Source: Intoshia linei (lineage: Eukaryota > Animalia > Orthonectida). Taken from it: a DNA stretch of 64,000 nucleotides. A program made the translations under genes and the position numbers. Below are positions 12,501-32,400 of this stretch, piece by piece (position 1 is the stretch's first letter; each line of letters opens with the position of its first letter). The stretch spans positions 1 to 64,000 of the forward strand of contig LWCA01000019.1 in assembly GCA_001642005.1 (NCBI GenBank), given 5' to 3'. Below the pieces are notes generated by a model, which was not told the DNA's origin, searched no databases, and saw nothing but the letters and a program-made list of their open reading frames with translations.

Positions 12501-15500
12501 GCCGACTTTTTAATTTTAAGACCGATTTTTTAATAGATGTTTGAATTTTAAAATTTTTGAGGTTGCAAATTATAACAATGCTCATAATGTTAAAAAGTAT
12601 TCCAGAATTTATGTTGTACAAAATTTTAAGACTTTTCATTATTAAAAAAATGGATTATTTGGAGTTTTGACCATGAAGATGTAAGTTTCTGATATTAAGA
12701 TTTAAGACAATGGTAATGATGTTAAAACGCGTCTGGAATTAATGTCCTTTAAAATTTTAGAACTGATTTTATTATTTATTAAAAAAAAATATCATTTGGG
12801 TTTTTGACCCGGAAGAACTAAATTTCCGAAATGAAATTTACGATAAAATATCACTATCGAAAAACTGTATATAATTTGGGTTTTTTGAATTCTAAAATTT
12901 TTTCTAATTAAAATTTTTCGAGAGTGATGATTTTCACAAATTTCATTTTCATAAATTCAGTTCTTCAGGATTAAAAACCCAAGTTACCAGTTTTTTTTTT
13001 AAAATAAAATGAGTCTTAGAATTTTAAAATTCAGAATTTATAAAATCATTAACAGTGTCGTAAATTTTAACTTCAGAAGTTGCACCTTCACGGATTAAAC
13101 CACAAATTACCCTTTTTTTAATGAAAAAAGTTGTAATTTTTATTAAAAATAAATTCCTGGTAGTTTTTAAACTTATAAGAATTATCATCAATCGCAATCT
13201 CAAAAACTTGTGGTTTCATCATCAAAATCACATATTACCATTTTCTAAAAAAATGAAAAGAGTCCTAGAATTTAGGAAAATCACAGCTAATATAATTATA
13301 ACTAGTTACATACACAACAAATACCAATCTCACAAATTGATCCCTTCACGGTCAAAAAAGCACTTTAGTATTCACTTTAACTAATAATATTCAATCCTTA
13401 CTTATATAAACTAATTTAAACATTAGTTAAAAATATATGTCTGTTTGTTTCTATGTTTGTGTATCTGTTTTTTTGTTCCTGTTTATCTTTATAAATTAAG
13501 AGGAGTTGAGTTTTACAAATCCAATATTCTTATAATAGTTTTTCCAGAATGTTTTATGTTTTATCGCAAATATGAATTTCAGAAATTAAGTCCTTCAAGG
13601 TGAAAAATCCCAATTGTCCTTTGTTCTTAAATTTAAATCCGTCTTAGAATTATAAAAATTACAAAATCTAATAAAGATTTTAAGTTCAGCAACATTATTA
13701 TTATTTTCAATTTTAAAATGTTATATCTTCACCGCCAAAATCCTAAATTACCCTTTTTTGTAAAAATTAAAAAAGTCCTAGAATTTTATACAACATAACT
13801 TCTGGGATAAAAAGATAATTTTCACGATGAAAACTCAGATTACCTTTTTTTTAAAATAAAAACTGCCCTAGAATTTTAAAAAAATTTTTCAAACTATTCC
13901 TTTAAAGTTTAAAGGATTGATAATAGTGAATAGTTGCATTTTTAAGTTAGATTTTCTTATTGAATTTATTATTTTGGTATAATAAAAATATACAAGCTTG
14001 TCAGAGCTATGTACTGTTTGTACGTAGTACATAACAGTCAACTTGTAATTATATAAAATTTCTTGGAAATTAAATTTTTCCCGTTGCTTAAAATTAAATG
14101 TGAAATTGCCGGTCCAAGGTCAAAAAAGTTAAGGAACACACGGTCTAATAAACATTTGAAATATATTATTTGCGTGTAGACCAAAAGCGCTATTTACAAA
14201 ATTTTTCATAAATGGGAACCTCAAAAAAGTGCATTTTCACGATCAAAATCTCAGACTAGTCTTTTTTAAAAAATGAAAACAACCCAATCATCCTTTTTTT
14301 TTAAATTCAAACCAGTCCTAGAATTATAAAAAATATAGATTCTAATACAAAACTTTTAAATTGATAAATATTATCAATAATTATCAATTTCAAAATCTTA
14401 CATCTTCACGGCCAAAACCCCTAATATCCCTTTCTTGGAAAAATTAAGAAAATTTTAGAATTGATTTTAGAATTGAAAAACCAAATTACTTTTTTTTTTT
14501 AAAAAGAAAACTGCTCTAGATTATAAAAAAAATTCAGATGATACAGTTATATCCTGTTAACACACACAAAAAATTTTAATTTGACAAAGTGACGCCTTCA
14601 TGGTCAAAAAGCACTTTGGTAATCATTTTTTTATTACGAAAATATTTTATTAAAACACAAAATTTGAAATATTAACGGTCCAACAATTAAAAAAAAGATT
14701 ATTCTGATACAGATTATTCTAGTTGATATAAATACAAAATTTTAAACCCAGAAATCTATGCATTCCCGTTGAAAAATAATTTTTAATATATTATCAAACA
14801 ATATTCTTCTTACAATTTTTGAAAATAGGGGAATTGACTGTGTACACTGTACATATTTGAAATGTAGAAATATTAGTTGCAATCTCATGAATTGGTTCCT
14901 TCAGTTTTTTATTATTCCATCATTTTAGTCATAGCTAGCTGGTGTTTGTACGACTTACATAACAGTCAAGCTAGTTAATTTATATAAATAAGAATTTCAT
15001 AAATGTTAAACCCAGACCCGTGGTCAGGTAACTAGGGGACTAGATGACGTGACTGACTGTTTAAGAAATATAACATATTTTTGATTTTTGAAGTGTATTC
15101 GAAAATATTATGTTCGTCTCGGTCTGAGATACTATAATATTGGACCAATATTGAAATATTTTGAAATGGGGATCTGTAATGTATTTAAACCGAAAACAAC
15201 TGCATTATTACAATAAAAAAATGGACATATTTTTATTTTTATTCAGCTTAACCTATATTTGCAGGTCATTTGATTTTATATAATTAATAATGAACCATTG
15301 TTATCATTATTAATCAATAATAAAATAAAACGTTTTTCGTATCGAAAGCTTTAACATAATAATGATGTTAGTCGTTTTAATTTAAAATTTAACGGAATTT
15401 TGGTACATCAGAATAATTCACAGTTTATCAGTATTTTTTTCCGTTAACGAGGAATTAATCTAAATAGGAATTATCCTGTAATGTTTTCTTAAATATAATA

Positions 15501-18500
15501 ATGAATTATGGTTTTAATATCCGTGCATCTCATTCATTTCATTTCAACTAGTGATTGTGCCGGAAAAAAAACCGGGACAAAATTACCAAGATATTTAATA
15601 ATTTCCGGGATTTCCCGAAAAAAATTGAGACATATCTGTATATTTGATTTATATTTGTTTCAAATGTACTGGAAAGATAACAAAAATAGATAAAAATAAA
15701 AATTTTAAATCTATATAAAATGTAGGTTTATATAAAAAACATAAGCTGTTAATGAAAGAGTTACTCAAGGTTAATAGGATCAAATTTTTTTTTAAAAGTT
15801 TTCAAACATACTAATTTGATGGAAATGTATTTACTACATTATATGGAACCATAGTAATAATTTACAACTATTAAAAAAATACGTAAATATAATATTATAT
15901 CCTAAGTTAGAATTCCTAACTTATATAAAACTTTTTTGTTGTTTGTCTGTCTGCCTGCCTGCCTGTCTGTCTGTGTGTTATCGATTATTTAAATAACTAA
16001 GACAAAAAAATTCAAATTTCTATTACACTGTTTTTTGGGTTGACAGTAAGATAAATTTCAATCTCAGAAACTACATGTTACCTGTCAAAAACCCAAATTA
16101 TCCTTTTTTTGAAAATCAACTCAAACCTTCAAAACCACAAATGACCCTTTTTTAATTTTTTTAAATTAAAATAGTATATATTAGGGTGGATACAATTTTC
16201 ATAGTACATTTTTTTTTTTACATGTTATGTCACATTGTGATGTATAAAAATCGTATACTAAAATTCAGTATCCTTGAGCACGATCGTAGAGTTTTCAAAT
16301 TTTGTTAAAATTTTGTATTTTAAGTTAACTTAAGAAAACGAAACTTTCTGGCTAATGGCCCATAAGAAATTCAAAAATATTGAAATTGTTTCCACCCTAG
16401 TATACTTATATAGTATACATACATGTCTTATATACTGTATGTATATAAATAGTCTTAAATCATAATCGATAAAATAATGAAACCTTTTAATTTTGTCATT
16501 AGTTTTTCTAATGACTTTACATTCTTGATCCAACAAATTTTTCCATTTTTCTTCAATTTTAGTAGCATTAAAAATGATATTATCACGATAATTGTTCTCT
16601 AGAACGATATTGTCATTCTTTAATTTATCAATCTCTTTAGTATATTTCTCACTTAAATCATTAAATTTTACTTGGGCCATTTGTACCCCATCTTTCAAAC
16701 AATCCACTTGTTTACTTAACTCTAAATTATGACTTTTCACCTGCCGAATTGTAGAACTAGAATTATTATTATTTTTTGAAAAATTATTAAACATTTCTTG
16801 CATCAAATTAATTTTGTTGAAATTTTTACTTAAATTTTGATTAACACTGCAAAATTTTTTTTCAAAATTATCTCCAAACTTGGTAATATACTTAATCAAC
16901 TCTTCTTTATTTTTACTAATTTTGAAATTATTTATCTTCTCAATTGATTCAATTAGTTTTTTGTTTTTATCCATCGCTTCTCCTTGTTTTTTAATAAAAG
17001 AATTTTCAATACATTCAGTTTCCTTTTTGTGGTTATTTTTAATCAAATTAATTTCATGTAAATGATTATTTTTTTCATTGTTAAGAATAACGGATATTTC
17101 TGATTTAGAATTTTTCAATTTACGTTCAATTTCACTTTTTTCTGAATTTATAAAATTTACTTCATTTTTGAGAGAATATAAATTATCTCCCAGTTCAACA
17201 CATCTTTTAATGTATGATTTTAATTCAATTTTTAAATTTTTAGTTTCAAGTTGTATTTTTGACTGATCATCAAATAATTTATTTAATTCTTTCACCTTTT
17301 TTTCCAATTTAATGATTTTTGATTTTTCACATTCATTTTTTGAAATTTGTATTAAATAATCAGTATTTAATTTAAAATATTGCGATTTATGATGTGCCAA
17401 TTCTTGTTTTAAATTTTCAATGAGTTTTAATTCGTTTTCATTTGAATATGTAATTACATTATTGTCATTAGAATCTATTTTTTCTTGTAATTGTTTCATA
17501 ATAATAATTTGTTTATTTTTTTCAATATTTATTTCATTTAATCGTTTCTGCAAATTTTTAGCACCATTTTGAGAAATTTTATATTCATTTTCAATTTTTT
17601 CTTTTTCTCGTAAGTATATATCATTTTTTAATTTTAATTGGCAAATTTCGTTATCTTTTTCGATAAATTTATTCATATTTACTTGTTTATCATTTATCAT
17701 TTTTTCATTTTCCAATTTCAATTTTTCAGAGTAAAAATTTGCACATTTTGTTAAATTTTGATCCAATTTGATAGATAAGTTTGATATGCATGTTGAAAAT
17801 GTTTTCATTTTTTTTTCAATTTCTTTTTCGCCCTTTTCAAATTCTTTCAATTTATTTGATTCAAATAATTGTAATTTTGTCAATAGTTCCATTTTGTTTG
17901 AATTTAAATTACTTTTTAATTCGTTTTTATAGTTTTCCAATTTTTCTAAACATTTGGAAAAATTTTTATTCTTTAACTCTTTTGCTTCAATTTCAATCTT
18001 TTTTAATGCATTTTTTCCGTTTTCTATTTGATATTCTATGTTTTTCAATTCTTGTGATTTTTTTAAATTTGTTTTTTCTTGGTTTACGTTTTTTTCATTG
18101 TACATTAACAGTAATTGTTTTTTACAATTTGTTACTTTGTTATCCATTTCTATTGTCATTTCGTCTATTAATTGTTGGCGTGCTTTTTTTTCGTTTATTT
18201 TTATTACCTAAAGAAATGTAATAATTGGATATTTTATATCTAAATTGGGACTTTCAAATTGTTTTTAACTGTAAATTTACACAGTAAATTATGTTTCAGT
18301 GTAATACAAAAAGTAGTTATAAATATGTTATTTTTGTTTTTAAGGGCATCAAAGTATTTTACACAACTGTAAATTAGACTGAAATTTTTTGGATGAATAA
18401 TTGATAGCTCCCTCGCGGCTTAAATTTTTCAGGCCATTAAAGGTCCAGTTATTTGATACAGTCGAAATTTAAAGTCCCAGTTTAAATTTCATAATTTTAA

Positions 18501-18816
18501 ATGATATAAATAAAAAAACTTGAAGATAATTATCATTTTCATCGTTTCGAGTGTTTAAGGCGTATATTACCTAATTAAAGTTTAAAGTTTAGTTTAAAGT
18601 AAAATTTAAAGTTAAATTTACTTTGGTTAATTGGGCAATTTTTTTTGACATTTTATAATGCATGTCTTTGTCAATTTGGATTGTTGAATTTTTGTTATTT
18701 TCACAAAATTTTGGATTTTCAATGTTTGTGGCATCTTTATGATAATTTGGTGTTTTTTTGTACTTAATATTTTCATTTTCTTTATTTACAGAGTAAAAAA
18801 ATGTTTCATTATCCAT
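9527..18816 (-). CDS. FAM184A: FAM184-family coiled-coil protein; exons 18816-18622, 18570-18520, 18207-16484, 12314-11854, 11534-11440, 11357-11173, 10264-10109, 9872-9755, 9634-9527, plus an unresolved last exon below 9491
   Basis: N-terminal MHYKMSKKIAQLTK|VIYALNTRNDE and C-terminal YEHRESRTED...ELVNREKNYNKLFCSNPKVGLINP match the FAM184A/B signature blocks as I recall them. GT-AG introns are phase-consistent. Confidence 0.85.
10326..11070 (+). mobile_element. Helitron family copy (5' end intact, 3' end lost)
   Basis: A|TCCTTACTTATATAA 5' end followed by the internal units. Confidence 0.75.
12540..13220. repeat. Large imperfect inverted repeat formed by two head-to-head Helitron fragments
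   Basis: TTGGGTTTTTGACCCGGAAGAACTAAATTT...ATCACTATCGAAAAA (12796-12864) pairs with TTTTTCGAGAGTGAT...AGTTCTTCAGGATTAAAAACCCAA (12914-12982); weaker pairing continues outward. Confidence 0.7.
13395..14045 (+). mobile_element. Near-complete non-autonomous Helitron
   Basis: 5' A|TCCTTACTTATATAA; 3' hairpin CTGTTTGTACGTAGTACATAACAG followed by a degenerate CTTG|T end. Confidence 0.8.
14200..14974 (+). mobile_element. Helitron copy, 5'-truncated
   Basis: Internal units, then TGTTTGTACGACTTACATAACAGTCAAG-CTAG|T (CTAG at 14971-14974). Confidence 0.75.
16182..16399. mobile_element. TAGGGTG-ended MITE (hATm-like)
   Basis: TIRs TAGGGTGGATACAATTT / AAATTGTTTCCACCCTA; flanks GTATATAT vs GTATACTT resemble an 8-bp TSD (6/8). 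A second end of this family lies at 23282. Confidence 0.7.
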
Positions 18817-20012
18817 TTAAGCAATTTATATAAATTAATGTAATATTTTTATTAAGTTGTTAAGTATATCACAACAATATTCATTTTTGTAATAATATTG
18901 TAATTGAAAATTCCGTATATTTACTAATAAATATAAATACTAACTGTAAATTATTTTCATTATTTAGAACAAAATTTCGTAATTCACTTTTTGTTTCGTG
19001 TTGTATGATAATGATATTTATATTCATGAATATTGCATTAAATGTTATTTTGCTTTGTGTCATTTAAATCAATTTTATTTACTTTTTTAAGTTGTTTACT
19101 TTCTTTGTCTGTGATTAATTATTTTTAATACTGTCAAATGTAATTTCACTGTTTGGCAGAATACGTTTTATTTTATCCAATTGGTTATATTTATAGATAA
19201 AGTTTCCAATTTTCAATTAATTTAAGGATCAAACCAATACAAAATCATGAGAAACTTTGCATATTTTTAAAAAAACAAATAATTTGGGATTGTGGATGTG
19301 AAAAAGACTATTTCTAAGTTTGAAATGTAAGTAATGGAAAAAATTGACCTGTAATTTTTGTTTATAAATATTTGGGATTGTTCATTTTCTAAAAATTTTA
19401 GATTTTAATTAAAGAGGTAAGCTGGCGTAATATAGTTTTCCTAGTAAAAATTCATTTTTTTAAAGTTGCCATTTATGATAATGCTGATTATTTTCAAAAA
19501 AATCTCAGAATTTAAAATTTATCAAAATTTATCAAATTTTATTACTTTTTTAATTTTTAAAATAAAGGGTAATTTGGGTTTTTGAACGTGAAAATGTAAC
19601 GTTTTTGTCTAGATTAAGTGTAACAAACTGTACAGGACCAATTTTTTTTAAATTCTAGTAACTGTGTTTTTTTTGAGAAATTTTATAATAGTTCATTTAT
19701 AGTATAATGCTTTTAGTGCTTCTCAAAGGGGTACACACAATATAACAGAGTCCACGGCTAAAAAAATGTATTATTTCAGAAATTAATTTAATATTATTAA
19801 AAAAAAAACACCACTAAATCTAACTCCAAAATAGAAAATCCAAATTTACAACAATCCGCTTTTACCAAACCTAACAAGAAAAAATCACTTAATCTAACCC
19901 TAAGAGAAAAATTCAATTTTACCAACCGTTAAGGGAAAAATCCCCTTTTTCCTATATTTTTTTATAAAATCAAATTTTATCAAATCTAAGGGGAAAACCA
20001 TAACACTTAATC

Positions 20013-20191
20013 TTAATCCTTTCACTGTCTGTGTATTCTATATTATAGTATAGATTCTATACTATCCACAGCATAATTTTGAAAAATTTTATTCTTTTAT
20101 TTTGATACATTTTCACATAAAAATTTGTAAGTAATTTAAAATTTATACAAGTTTAAGTTAAAACATAAATTCCAGACAGTGAAAGGGTTAA
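20013..20191. mobile_element. piggyBac-type MITE
   Basis: TTAA-(T)CCTTTCACTGTCTG ... CAGACAGTGAAAGGG-TTAA; same family as 30274 and 59582. Confidence 0.85.
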
Positions 20192-20309
20192 ACACTTAAT
20201 ATAAACCCAAAAGCCCCAAAATAGAATTAAGGTGAAACCAAACTTGTAGAATCTTTAAATATTTTTAAATAATATTTGAATAATAAAAATAATCAATGTT
20301 TATTTAACA

Positions 20310-20697
20310 TCTTTACTTATATAATATGCTTTGCAATATTTGTTTGTGTGTGTGTTACCGTTTATTTCAATAACTATCAGTCTTAAAATTTTATAAAGTT
20401 CCCATTTTAATTACAGTTTTTTTGGGGGGTGCTAGCAAAATATATTTAAACCTCCCAAACTCACATCGTACGCGTCAAAAAGCCTAATTGTCTTTTTTTT
20501 GAATATCAAACGAGTTCGAGAACTTAAAAAAATATATACTCTCATACGGATTTCAAAATTATAAATTTAAATTCACAAAAAAAAATATATATTCAGGTCC
20601 AAAACCACAAATTACCCTTTTTTTTAATGAAAATAGCCCATGAATTTAAAAACATTTACAGTTGGTACAGTTGTATCCTGTTAACACACACAAAAAA
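20310..20697 (+). mobile_element. Helitron family copy (3' end lost), followed by an opposite-strand fragment to about 21080
   Basis: A|TCTTTACTTATATAATATGC, (GT)n and internal units matching the 41594 copy. Confidence 0.75.
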
Positions 20698-21281
20698 TGT
20701 GAAATAATTACAGGTGTGAAAATTAAAAATGTAAAACTAGGAAATTCTAGAACTATTTTCATTTTTCAAAAAAAAGGTAACCTGAAGTTTTTAACGTGAA
20801 AATGCACTTTATTGAGGTTTCCATTCATGATAATGATTTTATTAAATATTATAGAATTTATGATTTGAAAATTTTTAAAATTTAGAGTTCAGTTAAAATT
20901 ACTAAAGATTTTATTTTTAAAAAAAGGTCAAATTGGGTTGCTGAAGGACTCAATGTTCGAAAATAAAATTTAGATATAAACATAACCTTCGAAAAGCTGC
21001 ATAGATATTGATTTTTTTAATTCTACGAGTGTTAATTTTTTCAATAAACTGTAACACCCACACAGACATTCAATTTTATTTATATGTATGACATACACTA
21101 ACGAATGGTACTATGATGCTTAGAATTTTATTCCTCATCTTGTAGTACTCTGGATCTTTTGTTAAAAAAAAAATTAACACATTAACCATTAGTCTGTTTA
21201 CACATGTAAATATTGAGATGATCTTATATTTATTATTAAGAATATTGACATTAAGTAACATTACTTTTTGTTTCTAATATA

Positions 21282-27878
<6,597 letters not shown>

Positions 27879-28106
27879 ACCAGAATGATTATAATTATTA
27901 TTATATTATTCGAATTGTTTATACACAATAAACAATAACGTCTTTTTTATTTTGTATTCATTATTTTGAATGGTTCAATTTCAAAGAAAAATCACTTTTA
28001 GTCAAAATACATGCGATATCTGTTTGAAAATATAAACATACACGCATAATATTAACATTATTGATTATATTTTTATTTTAAATATTATTAATCTATTGAT
28101 TTAATT

Positions 28107-28408
28107 AAGGGGTCAGCAACCTTTTGCGTTTCGTGGCCCATTTTTTTATATCAAAAAATTCTACGTGATCCGTTTTTGAAAATTTACACATGATACATTT
28201 CAATTTTAACTGAAGAGAAACAGTTATAGTATATTCAGCAAAATAATATCCAGGGCGATTTAAAAAATAATAATTAAAATGATTAAAATCAGCCAATTAT
28301 AGTAGCAAATGTTTAAAACGGTGTTTAAAAGTTGAAAAATAAAAAATTTACATATTTACTGAAAGGGTCACCAAAATTATTCGGTGGGCCACTGGTTGCC
28401 GCCTCCTG
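28107..28408. mobile_element. hAT MITE
   Basis: AAGGGGTCAGCAACC ... GGTTGCCGCCTCCTG; flanks ATTTAATT / ATCTAACT. Confidence 0.55.
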
Positions 28409-29421
28409 ATCTAACTATTAATCTATTAATTAATCTTTACATTCATTTCTTTCGAAACAATACTCTAAAAAACAAATGTTATCAATTTTAAAATGTATCC
28501 AATTTAAAACCGAATATAAAAACATTTCTGCGAATTATGGAGATCAAAGTTTCAATCAATCAATAATACTTTGATTTAATTTAAATTTAAAAAATTTAGG
28601 CCTCGAAAAGTTATTCATGCAATTTTAAAATGTGTTGAGTACATGTTATTGTTTATACATGATCAACATCATTTTTTTGTTTATCGTTAGAGGCGTTAGC
28701 CTAAAAATGATTGAGTATTCCAGAGTTAAAACTAAAAGTATATTAATTAGAACAGGGTTTCCAATAATTTTTGTTACGGCGAACCGGTAATAAATTATAA
28801 AATTTATCGCGGACCATTAAAGTGAAATTACTACAAAAAATTAAAAAAAATTTATAAATACAATATGTAACTTCATAAATTGACTTCTAGTTGGTAAAAA
28901 TTTTTACAAAATTATAGCGTGGACTGGCATTTTGGAAACGTTCAATTAAAACAATTTAGACATTTGTAACCGTTAAAGTTGAAAAAAGTGAAATTATATC
29001 AAATATTATAATATTTATTGATTATAATGATTTATTATTGATGATTATCAATAAATAATGAATATTTCGTTAAATTTAATTTATTAAGTGACAAAATAAA
29101 AATTTACATTCCAGTATTTTCAACATGTAACAGATAAAATTTATTGAAAAATTTTAATTTAATGTGATTAATTGATATTTTAACATTATCCGTAATTATT
29201 ATACATTTTAAATCACATAACTTTGTATTTTATTCATAGATTTGATCTTATTGAATTATCCGGGTTCACTATAACAATTTGATTAAATGTTAAATATTTA
29301 TATTTACGAATGAAAAAATTAATTCACAATTTGTTATACCTAACAATATCCTAGAAAAATTTAATATACAATAATTTAAAAATGTCATTGTTTATATTTG
29401 TTTAGAAACAAATTTATAAAA

Positions 29422-32400
29422 ATGGTAAATTAAATTTAACGATAAAAGTAAAAATTTATTTAGAGTAGTTTATTGGGCGTAAATCGAAATATAAATTCAC
29501 GACAATCTTCCAGGACCAAAAAACACTATAGAACAGTATGTAAAGAATCTTTTGTAGACGAGGATTTATTTGGTGACAGAAAATGCAGGAAAAATGATAA
29601 AAGAAAAAAGGAACCGGATACGATTCAATTGATCTCAAAAGACTTGATTAGGACTATTCGGTTTTATATGTCATGGACACTTTTAATTTTATTATTTAGA
29701 ATTAGAAATCGTGATCCAATGGAACATTCCACAGTCTTACCATTGTCGAAAATTGAAAGTGCAAAATTTCTGTCAGATACTCTCAATGAAGAATTGTTTC
29801 AAGATAAAATATCTGCTGCATCAACTAAGGCTAAATTGGAGGTTTATATTTTTAATCAATATCATTATAAAATTTAATTTACAATATATTAATACAATAA
29901 GTTTGGCATATTATATGATACTAAGTTGAAATTTGTTTCAGGTGGAACCATCATGTCACATTACTTTTTACTTTAAAGTGAATTATTCCATCTTAATTTT
30001 TTGTTTGTTAACATTTGTGTAAAAGAATTTTAAAAACAATTTTTTATCCCATTTTTTTAATTTATTAGACGAATGTGTGTATAATATTAAAAATAAAGTA
30101 TAAACAATCCAATCCTAAAAATTGTCATAAATAGCATAAATAATAAAATTATAAAAACCCATTTTATCATTTTCAATGTGATAATATACATTCAGTACCA
30201 ATTTAATAAATAATTAACGGAATCAGCACTTTATAAACATTTCAGGTGAATTTTACCAATATTGCAAATGATTTTAACCCTTTCACTGTCTGTGTATTCT
30301 ATATTCTACACAGAAATTTCACTTCACACGTCTGTGTATTCTATGATATACACAGCATAATTTTGAAAACTTTATTCTTTTATTTTCATACATTTTCATA
30401 TAGGTAATAAAAATAATACAAGTTTAAATTAAAACATAAATTCCAGACGTGTGGTAATAGTACATAAAATTACATCAGACAATGCTAGGGTTAATAAATA
30501 TAAAAATAATAATAACAAAGTTTTATTTTTTTTCGTTTTGTCGTTGTAGTTTAAATTTGAATTTGAGATTGAAAAATTGCGTAGCAATGAAAAAAGTTCC
30601 GAAGGAATGAATTATATAGATTTTCACCCATATTTCTTTATTGGAAATGTGTAAACGTTCAATGCACATTTTTTTTAAATTTTCGGACCGTTAATTATTT
30701 CACATTTTTTGTTGTAATAAAATATTTTGGAAAAAAAATATATGAATACTAAAATGCTTGTTTGACCATGAAGTCGTCACTTATTCGGATTGAAATTTTC
30801 GGTGTGTGTTAAAAGGATACAACTGTACCACATGTAAATTTTTTGAAATTCTAGGGCTGTTTTCATTAAAAAAAGAAGGGTAATTTGGGGTTTTGGCTCC
30901 TGAAGATATTTTTTTTAAATTTAAATTCATGGTAATGTTTATAATTTTAAAATCCGTATTAGTGTATATATTTTTTTAAATTCAGTAACTTGTTTAATTT
31001 TCAAAAAAAAGACAATTGAGGTTTTTGACCCGTAAGATGTGAGTTTGGGAAGTTGAAATTTATCTTATTATCAAACCCGGAAAAAACTGTATTAGAAATG
31101 TGGACTTTATAAAATGCTAAAACTTGTAGATATTGAAATAAACGATAACACACACAGATAAACAAAGCATATTATACTTATGTATAAGTAAGGATTGGTA
31201 ACAACCCTGGTGTGACTTGAGTGAGGGGTGTATAGACATTCATCCATTTATATATGCATTTTATGATTTGAAAAATATTTAGTTATTGAATTTAAATTTA
31301 AATTTAAACTTAAAACTTCATGGACCCCATAAAAAATTTCCTAATTTCTGAAATCATTAAATGAATTAATGATTTGATAATTAATAATTGAAAAAGGCGA
31401 AGAGGTCAATTTCTGAGATAAATTTTTTTGGATTTTACTTAAAAAAATAACTAAACCTTCGATATTCCATTTATAAAATTATAGGACTTTTTGGTTTGAT
31501 GTTTAATTTAATTTTCAAAGTAAACAGTGTTCACCAAACCCTTTGAAAATTGAAAATTAAAAATAATAGAATGCCTTTGAAAGTGTTAATTTTGCCATAT
31601 TTAGGAAGAATCCAATAAACGAAAGATCAAACTCAAATCAATAGATTTCAACCGTGGAAGAATGAAAAAATCTGACAGTAAAGATATTACGTCGATTGAA
31701 AAGCAAGAAATTTTAGACCGTGCCAATGATAAAATAACTGAAAGAGAAGACGAGATAAAAGAACTAAATTCAGTAAAAAATAAATATATAATTCTTTTTT
31801 TATTTTATATTGTATTAATTTTAGTTGATAATTAATGTAAAATGCAATTATATACGCGATAAGCAAATCAAGGAAAAACAAATAATTGAGAAGCATTTAA
31901 AAAATGAAGACAAAAGACTTGATGCTATCGTAGAACAAGATAGAAAACTTAGTTTAGGTATACAATCTGAAATTGATAAAAAAAGAAAAACAGTCAGCAT
32001 AAATGGAGCTGTAGAGCTCTTGGAACAAATCAAAAACAATCAAAAAGTTTATATCGTTTTTTACAATTTGATTTTATATTAGCGCAATTTATTGGAAGTT
32101 GAAATGAAAGAACAAGAAAATGTGAAACTACAAGAGATGCTTGATAAATTATGTGAAGAAGAAATTGAGAAAAATAAAATAAAAGTCGAAAAACAAGTTA
32201 AATTACGAGTAATTTATATTCATTCATATTCTATAATAAAAATTTACAAATGTATGAAATATATCAGATAAGTCATTTCACGAGAATTCTCCATTTGGAA
32301 ATTTTAAAAATATTATAACTACATATGTATTTTAAACATAGGAAGAATTGAACAAAGCAAATGAAAAAATAATAATACGTAAAGCGGTGGATGCTGAACA

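Noticed and set aside
16330-16483. Peptide RV(E/D)TISIFLNFLWAISQKVSF shared by ORFs 16330-18159 and 23169-23417
   Set aside because: Read-through into copies of the same TAGGGTG MITE. The true FAM184 exon ends at 16484.
16880-18221. Plus-strand hydrophobic ORFs (16880, 17078, 17781; also 11176, 31687, 31848, 42296)
   Set aside because: Antisense shadows of K/E-rich exons on the other strand.
29255-29350. RFX X-box upstream of CFAP45
   Set aside because: Only weak partial matches (GTTCACTATAAC, TTGTTATACCTAACAA), as expected by chance in AT-rich DNA.
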